From: an uncultured Candidatus Saccharibacteria bacterium
GTDB taxonomy: Bacteria; Patescibacteriota; Minisyncoccia; Phycocordibacterales; UBA9973
DNA length: 64,000 nt
Reading direction: 5' to 3'
Assembly: GCA_964522195.1 (NCBI GenBank)
Contig: CAZFSV010000002.1
Location: forward strand, 36,743-100,742
The translations under genes were made by a program, and so were the position numbers. Shown here one piece after another: positions 59,871 through 64,000 of the stretch. The notes beneath the pieces are model-generated. The model ran no database searches. It saw only the letters and a program-made list of their open reading frames with translations, and had not been told where the DNA came from. The stretch's first letter is position 1; each line of letters opens with the position of its first letter.

Positions 59871-60725
59871 CTAATAAAACTCTCTCCTGATTTCTTTAGA
59901 ATAATTCGGGACGTCGCCTATTTCTTCTGAAATATCATTCACATAATATTTAAGTCTTGCTTCTTCTATCGATAAATCTGTATCAAGTAAACCTTTCTCT
60001 AGTGCCAACTCATCCGCTGAAGCTGTGAGCCAGAGTTCCCAAGAGAACGGCGAAATACGGTTGGGACTGAGATTATTCACATGCTTGGCAATCATAGAAG
60101 TACAGTTAGAGAAAAAAGTATTATACCATTCAGGCTCCACTATTAATTTATTCATCTTGTTTAACATGTCGACGAGGAGCAGTCGTCCGTTCTCGGGTTT
60201 CTCAAGCTTTATAGGATAGACATAAACTTTATCTTTACGAACGTTAGCACGGAGGAGTATCGTATCTCTCTCGTCCGCGGCGACGTAGATGAGCGGATAA
60301 GTCCGGAGCATACCTTCCCAAATACTATATACTTGATCCTTGGTTTTCAAAGCTTCAATACTAATAGACAAGAAATCTCCATTTTCAAATTCAAAAGATA
60401 CAAAAGTATGCGCCGCTAAATCATTTTCATTAAAAGGTTCAGATATAAACCAAACTTTTTTCACTCCGTTTAGATCATAAGTCTTGTCATAATAGCCCGG
60501 TATCATATCTTTCTCTGTTGGGACATATCTAAAATTACGTACATTCTTCACCGTGACTGAGCCCCCATCTTCCGAGAATTCTGCAGTCGAAGGTATAGCA
60601 AGTTGAGTCTGCCAATCTCCTTCTGTTAGTGGACGCACCGTCATATAATAAATCACATATCCAATAATAAAAATCAATAATAAAAGTCCTAATTTTTTGA
60701 AAAAATTCTTATTTAAAAATTTCAT
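59871..60725 (-). CDS. DUF4105-like protein
   Basis: NVRNFRY, HTFVSFEF, SIEA and WYNTFFSNCT motifs. Confidence 0.85.
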   Translation of the reverse strand: MKFLNKNFFKKLGLLLLIFIIGYVIYYMTVRPLTEGDWQTQLAIPSTAEFSEDGGSVTVKNVRNFRYVPTEKDMIPGYYDKTYDLNGVKKVWFISEPFNENDLAAHTFVSFEFENGDFLSISIEALKTKDQVYSIWEGMLRTYPLIYVAADERDTILLRANVRKDKVYVYPIKLEKPENGRLLLVDMLNKMNKLIVEPEWYNTFFSNCTSMIAKHVNNLSPNRISPFSWELWLTASADELALEKGLLDTDLSIEEARLKYYVNDISEEIGDVPNYSKEIRREFY

Positions 60726-60786
60726 ATATTTATTGTATCAACATTCTCTTTAATAACAAATTCTAATTTATGATATAATTTTTAAT

Positions 60787-61371
60787 ATGAAAATATTATA
60801 TAGCATAATGATTTTGGTTTTTTTATTTAGTACTAATATAGCTTCAGCAGATTCAATTAACTTGCCCTGTGTTTCATCGCCAGGAGTTGAGTGCCCTCCT
60901 AGTAATGGTAATAGAATAAATCCAAGATGGGATAATCAAACTTTAACATTCACCGAACAATTACAAGACCCGGTAAAATTTTTATTTTTTGTAATTCCAA
61001 TAGCCCTAATAATCATCATTTCTTTTTTAATTTATTTTAAAAATAAAAAAGAAAAAACTCTCAACATTGAAAGAATTAAATTAAGTATCTGGAATCAATT
61101 ATTTTTTCTAATCATAGCTTTAATCGGCTATGCAATTTCTGTTATTTTTAGCACTCTCATTTTTGATAATAATGGTTATTATAATTATTATGATAGATAT
61201 AACAATTACCAAATAATTAAATTAATATCTGTATTTACTTATCCGGTGGCTTCTATTTTAATAGCTCATTACATAACTCTATTTTTAAGACAAAAGGTTC
61301 ATTATATTATTACAACCATCATTTTAATAATTATTGCAGTAATTGGATATTTTACCTTGACTGGTTTTTAA
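60787..61371 (+). CDS. Hypothetical multi-pass membrane protein
   Basis: Signal peptide plus about four TM helices. Confidence 0.7.
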   Translation: MKILYSIMILVFLFSTNIASADSINLPCVSSPGVECPPSNGNRINPRWDNQTLTFTEQLQDPVKFLFFVIPIALIIIISFLIYFKNKKEKTLNIERIKLSIWNQLFFLIIALIGYAISVIFSTLIFDNNGYYNYYDRYNNYQIIKLISVFTYPVASILIAHYITLFLRQKVHYIITTIILIIIAVIGYFTLTGF

Positions 61372-61922
61372 TAAAGTCTTATATCCTTCATGCGTCTTTT
61401 ATAGTCTGGAATTTGCAGACTTACTAAATTCCAGAATCGAGATGAATGATTCATCTCTTTTAAATGAGCTAATTCGTGCACTATGATATAGTCTCGTAAA
61501 TCCGGAGGTAAGAAAAATATTTTATAATTAAAAGACAGCTCGCCGGAGCTCGAACAACTCCCCCATCTAGTTTTCTGATTCCGGATCTTGATACTTTTAA
61601 TTTTAAAATTATAGAATTGATTGAAATAGAGGCATCTTTCGAGAGCTATGTCAGAGGCATCTTGCTTGTAAAGTTTATAATCCTTCACACTAAAGTGCGA
61701 CAAGATCTTCTTTGGTCTTTTTTTTAAATTCTCTATCTGCTCCAATATCCAATCCTTTTTCGTCTCTACAACACGCTCAATATACAAGTCTGAAATATTC
61801 CTAGGCTTGGTAACGACTACAGATAAATCCGGCAAGATGCTAATGCGAATACCTCTTATACCTTTGCGGATTTTTATCGTATAAGTAATAACTATCTTAT
61901 CTTTTATAATTTTTTGATTCAT
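61368..61922 (-). CDS. YgjP/DUF45 metal-dependent hydrolase
   Basis: QKTRWGSCS, DYIIVHELAHL..NHS..FW. Confidence 0.92.
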   Translation of the reverse strand: MNQKIIKDKIVITYTIKIRKGIRGIRISILPDLSVVVTKPRNISDLYIERVVETKKDWILEQIENLKKRPKKILSHFSVKDYKLYKQDASDIALERCLYFNQFYNFKIKSIKIRNQKTRWGSCSSSGELSFNYKIFFLPPDLRDYIIVHELAHLKEMNHSSRFWNLVSLQIPDYKRRMKDIRLY

Positions 61923-62034
61923 ATATAAAACTTAATCTTTAAAGTATAATATACATACTAAATATTGACAAAGCTCACTAAATATATTATCTTAAACAAG
62001 AAAATTCTTTCAATAACCTTAAAAAAAATAAAAA

Positions 62035-62391
62035 ATGGTTTTAAAAATGGATGAATATAAGATTAAATTATTAAATCTTAATTTAATATTAATAAACCAT
62101 GAGCCAGATAGTCCAATATATAAATTAAGTTTGTATATTATAGATTATTTACATGAAAAACATGATCCTCTAGGTTTTCTAGAAGCTGTTTGTGAAAGTC
62201 TCGAAGATTTATATTTAGGAGAAAATAAATTTACTGGAGAAAAAGTCGTTAATCATTTAACTGGTTTTCATGAAAGTTTTTATCAAAAACTTTTAAAAGA
62301 AGAAATTCCCGAGATAGTAACTACAATTTTCCCAGAAAATTTTTCTGAAGAAATTAAAAATCAAATTAAAAAAATTTTTAATGAAAAGTAA
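62035..62391 (+). CDS. Hypothetical acidic protein
   Basis: ORF after TTGACA (61965) and an A-rich leader; hairpin at 62396-62425. Confidence 0.6.
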   Translation: MVLKMDEYKIKLLNLNLILINHEPDSPIYKLSLYIIDYLHEKHDPLGFLEAVCESLEDLYLGENKFTGEKVVNHLTGFHESFYQKLLKEEIPEIVTTIFPENFSEEIKNQIKKIFNEK

Positions 62392-62423
62392 AACAAAAAT
62401 TAGTCATAAAAATGACTAATTTT

Positions 62424-63557
62424 TTATTTCTCGTGAGAGAGAGCTATCTTGACTATTTCTTCAGCTATCAAAGTTGCACCATTTGGTTTATAAAATCTTT
62501 TTGCGTGAAGAGACATATTGTTATAAACTTCTTTGTTTTCCGTAATTCTTTCTACTTCAGAAAAAATGATATTTGCTTTCAAATTCATTTCTTCTATAAC
62601 TACACAAGCTCCCGCCCGAGCATAAGCAAAAGCATTTTTCTTAGAATGATCAGCATTTGAGTTTGTAAAAGGTATAAGTATAGAAGGAATACCCCAAGAA
62701 GCAATTTCAAAAATAGTAGAACCAGCTCGAGAAATAATAATATCGCTAGCTCCTGCTGCCATTTTAAGCTCAAGTGAATTTAAATAAGCTTTTGGGTTAT
62801 AACGAGCTTTGTTTATATTATTATCTAAAACAACCTCAGATCTTTCTTTTGTGTTTTTAAAATTTTTAACTCCTGTTTGATGAATAATTTGATATTTTTC
62901 TACAAGCAAAGGTAAAGCGTCGACTATGACTTGATTAATTAATTCAGCTCCTTGAGATCCTCCTAATATTAACAAAACAGGTAAGTTAGATTCTAATTTC
63001 CAAAAATTTAATCCAACAGCTTTATCTTCTTTTTGTTCTATTTCTTTGCGAATGGGTTGACCGGTATAAATTAAATTTTTTGCTTTAGGAAAAAAATTTG
63101 CTGATTCTTTGTAAGATAAAGCAGTCATTTGGGAAAATTTGGAAGAAAAAACATTAACTCTACCTGGAGCAAAATCAGATTCATGGATAATTAAAGGGAT
63201 TCTTAATATACGAGCTGCAACAACAATAGGAAAAGAAGCATATCCACCTTTACTAAAAATAACATCAGGATAAATTGAAAATATTTTTATTATAGCTCGT
63301 AAAATAGCAAAAAAAGTTGTAATAATATCAAAAAAATTTTGAATAGAAAAATAAGTTCTGAGTTTACCTGTTGTTATTTTATGAAATTCTAAATTATTTT
63401 CAAAAAGAATTTGTTTATCATAAGGATCAGTAGAAATATAATATAACCTAACTCCAACTGTTTTTTCCCTAGCTAAAATTTGATTAACTTTTTCTGCTAC
63501 AGCTATTAAGGGATAAAAATGTCCTCCTGTTCCACCACCCGTAAAAACTATTTTCAT
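62424..63557 (-). CDS. murG: Lipid II GlcNAc transferase
   Basis: GGGTGGH, KGGYAS, HESD, GGSQGA and SRAG motifs. Confidence 0.96.
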   Translation of the reverse strand: MKIVFTGGGTGGHFYPLIAVAEKVNQILAREKTVGVRLYYISTDPYDKQILFENNLEFHKITTGKLRTYFSIQNFFDIITTFFAILRAIIKIFSIYPDVIFSKGGYASFPIVVAARILRIPLIIHESDFAPGRVNVFSSKFSQMTALSYKESANFFPKAKNLIYTGQPIRKEIEQKEDKAVGLNFWKLESNLPVLLILGGSQGAELINQVIVDALPLLVEKYQIIHQTGVKNFKNTKERSEVVLDNNINKARYNPKAYLNSLELKMAAGASDIIISRAGSTIFEIASWGIPSILIPFTNSNADHSKKNAFAYARAGACVVIEEMNLKANIIFSEVERITENKEVYNNMSLHAKRFYKPNGATLIAEEIVKIALSHEK

Positions 63558-63560
63558 ATA

Positions 63561-64000
63561 TTAAGCTCTATGTTTTGAAATTTGTAAAATTAAACCAATT
63601 GCGACCAAATAAATCATCAACGAAGTCCCTCCATGACTCATAAAAACCAAAGGAACTCCAGTCAAAGGGAAAACTCCTATCACAGAAGCAATATGCAGAA
63701 ATGACTGTGATATCATAAGTATAACAATTCCTGAGACCAAAAGTCTACCGAAATGATCTCGGGCATTACTAGCAATAGTAAAACCCCTTAAAGCCCAAAT
63801 CATATAAAGAAAAATTATAATAGTTCCACCTACAAAACCGAATTCTTCTCCTAAAACAGCAAAAATTGAGTCTCCTTGAGGTTCTGGTAAATAAGTAAAC
63901 TTCTGAATACTTTGACCATACCCTCTTCCTAAAATTCCACCTGAACCGATAGCTATTAGGGATTGCTGAATTTGATAAGAAGAACCTTGGGCGTCATTAT
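63561..64000 (-). CDS. ftsW: FtsW (SEDS family), 5'-partial
   Basis: YQIQQSLIAIGSGG, LPEPQGDSIFAVLGEE and PLTGVPLVFMSHGG; immediately upstream of murG. Confidence 0.9.
   Translation of the reverse strand, partial: NDAQGSSYQIQQSLIAIGSGGILGRGYGQSIQKFTYLPEPQGDSIFAVLGEEFGFVGGTIIIFLYMIWALRGFTIASNARDHFGRLLVSGIVILMISQSFLHIASVIGVFPLTGVPLVFMSHGGTSLMIYLVAIGLILQISKHRA

Noticed and set aside
54400-62400. Prophage or ICE
   Set aside because: No integrase, terminase, capsid or relaxase genes are recognisable; the region looks like accumulated small cassettes.

Overview
AT-rich chromosomal segment, read with standard genetic code 11. Gene content and the shortened or degenerate core proteins (PriA without helicase motifs, truncated HolB, short AspRS, PaaX-like regulator, VirD4-like ATPase with a CxxC-x17-CxxC zinc ribbon) point to a Patescibacteria/CPR bacterium, probably Parcubacteria; this placement is an inference. 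About 1-54 kb is mostly housekeeping: fba, rplY, rpmE, prfA, tRNA-Ile, a full F1Fo ATP synthase operon with a Na+-type c-subunit signature, rsmI, priA, mreB, dnaK, frr, rseP, cysS, rplU, recR, dnaB, trpS, aspS, pepN, scpAB, PBP2, ctpA, rplI, rpmA and gltX. About 54.4-62.4 kb is an accessory island (probable type II R-M system, orphan genes, repeats), followed by murG and a partial ftsW. The most striking observation is a 291-bp element (56331-56621) made only of an 84-aa GIY-YIG nuclease ORF between perfect 15-bp terminal inverted repeats. It interrupts a DUF2892/YgaP-like gene, and removing it restores the reading frame. Several GC-rich palindromes are also scattered through the window. Two lie in-frame inside protein genes, and one follows a duplicated tRNA 5' end at the D-loop position. 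Together they suggest a palindrome/GIY-YIG selfish-element system. Many core genes also look leaderless, with an extended -10 box 6-7 nt before the ATG. All calls come from reading the sequence; no database searches were run.
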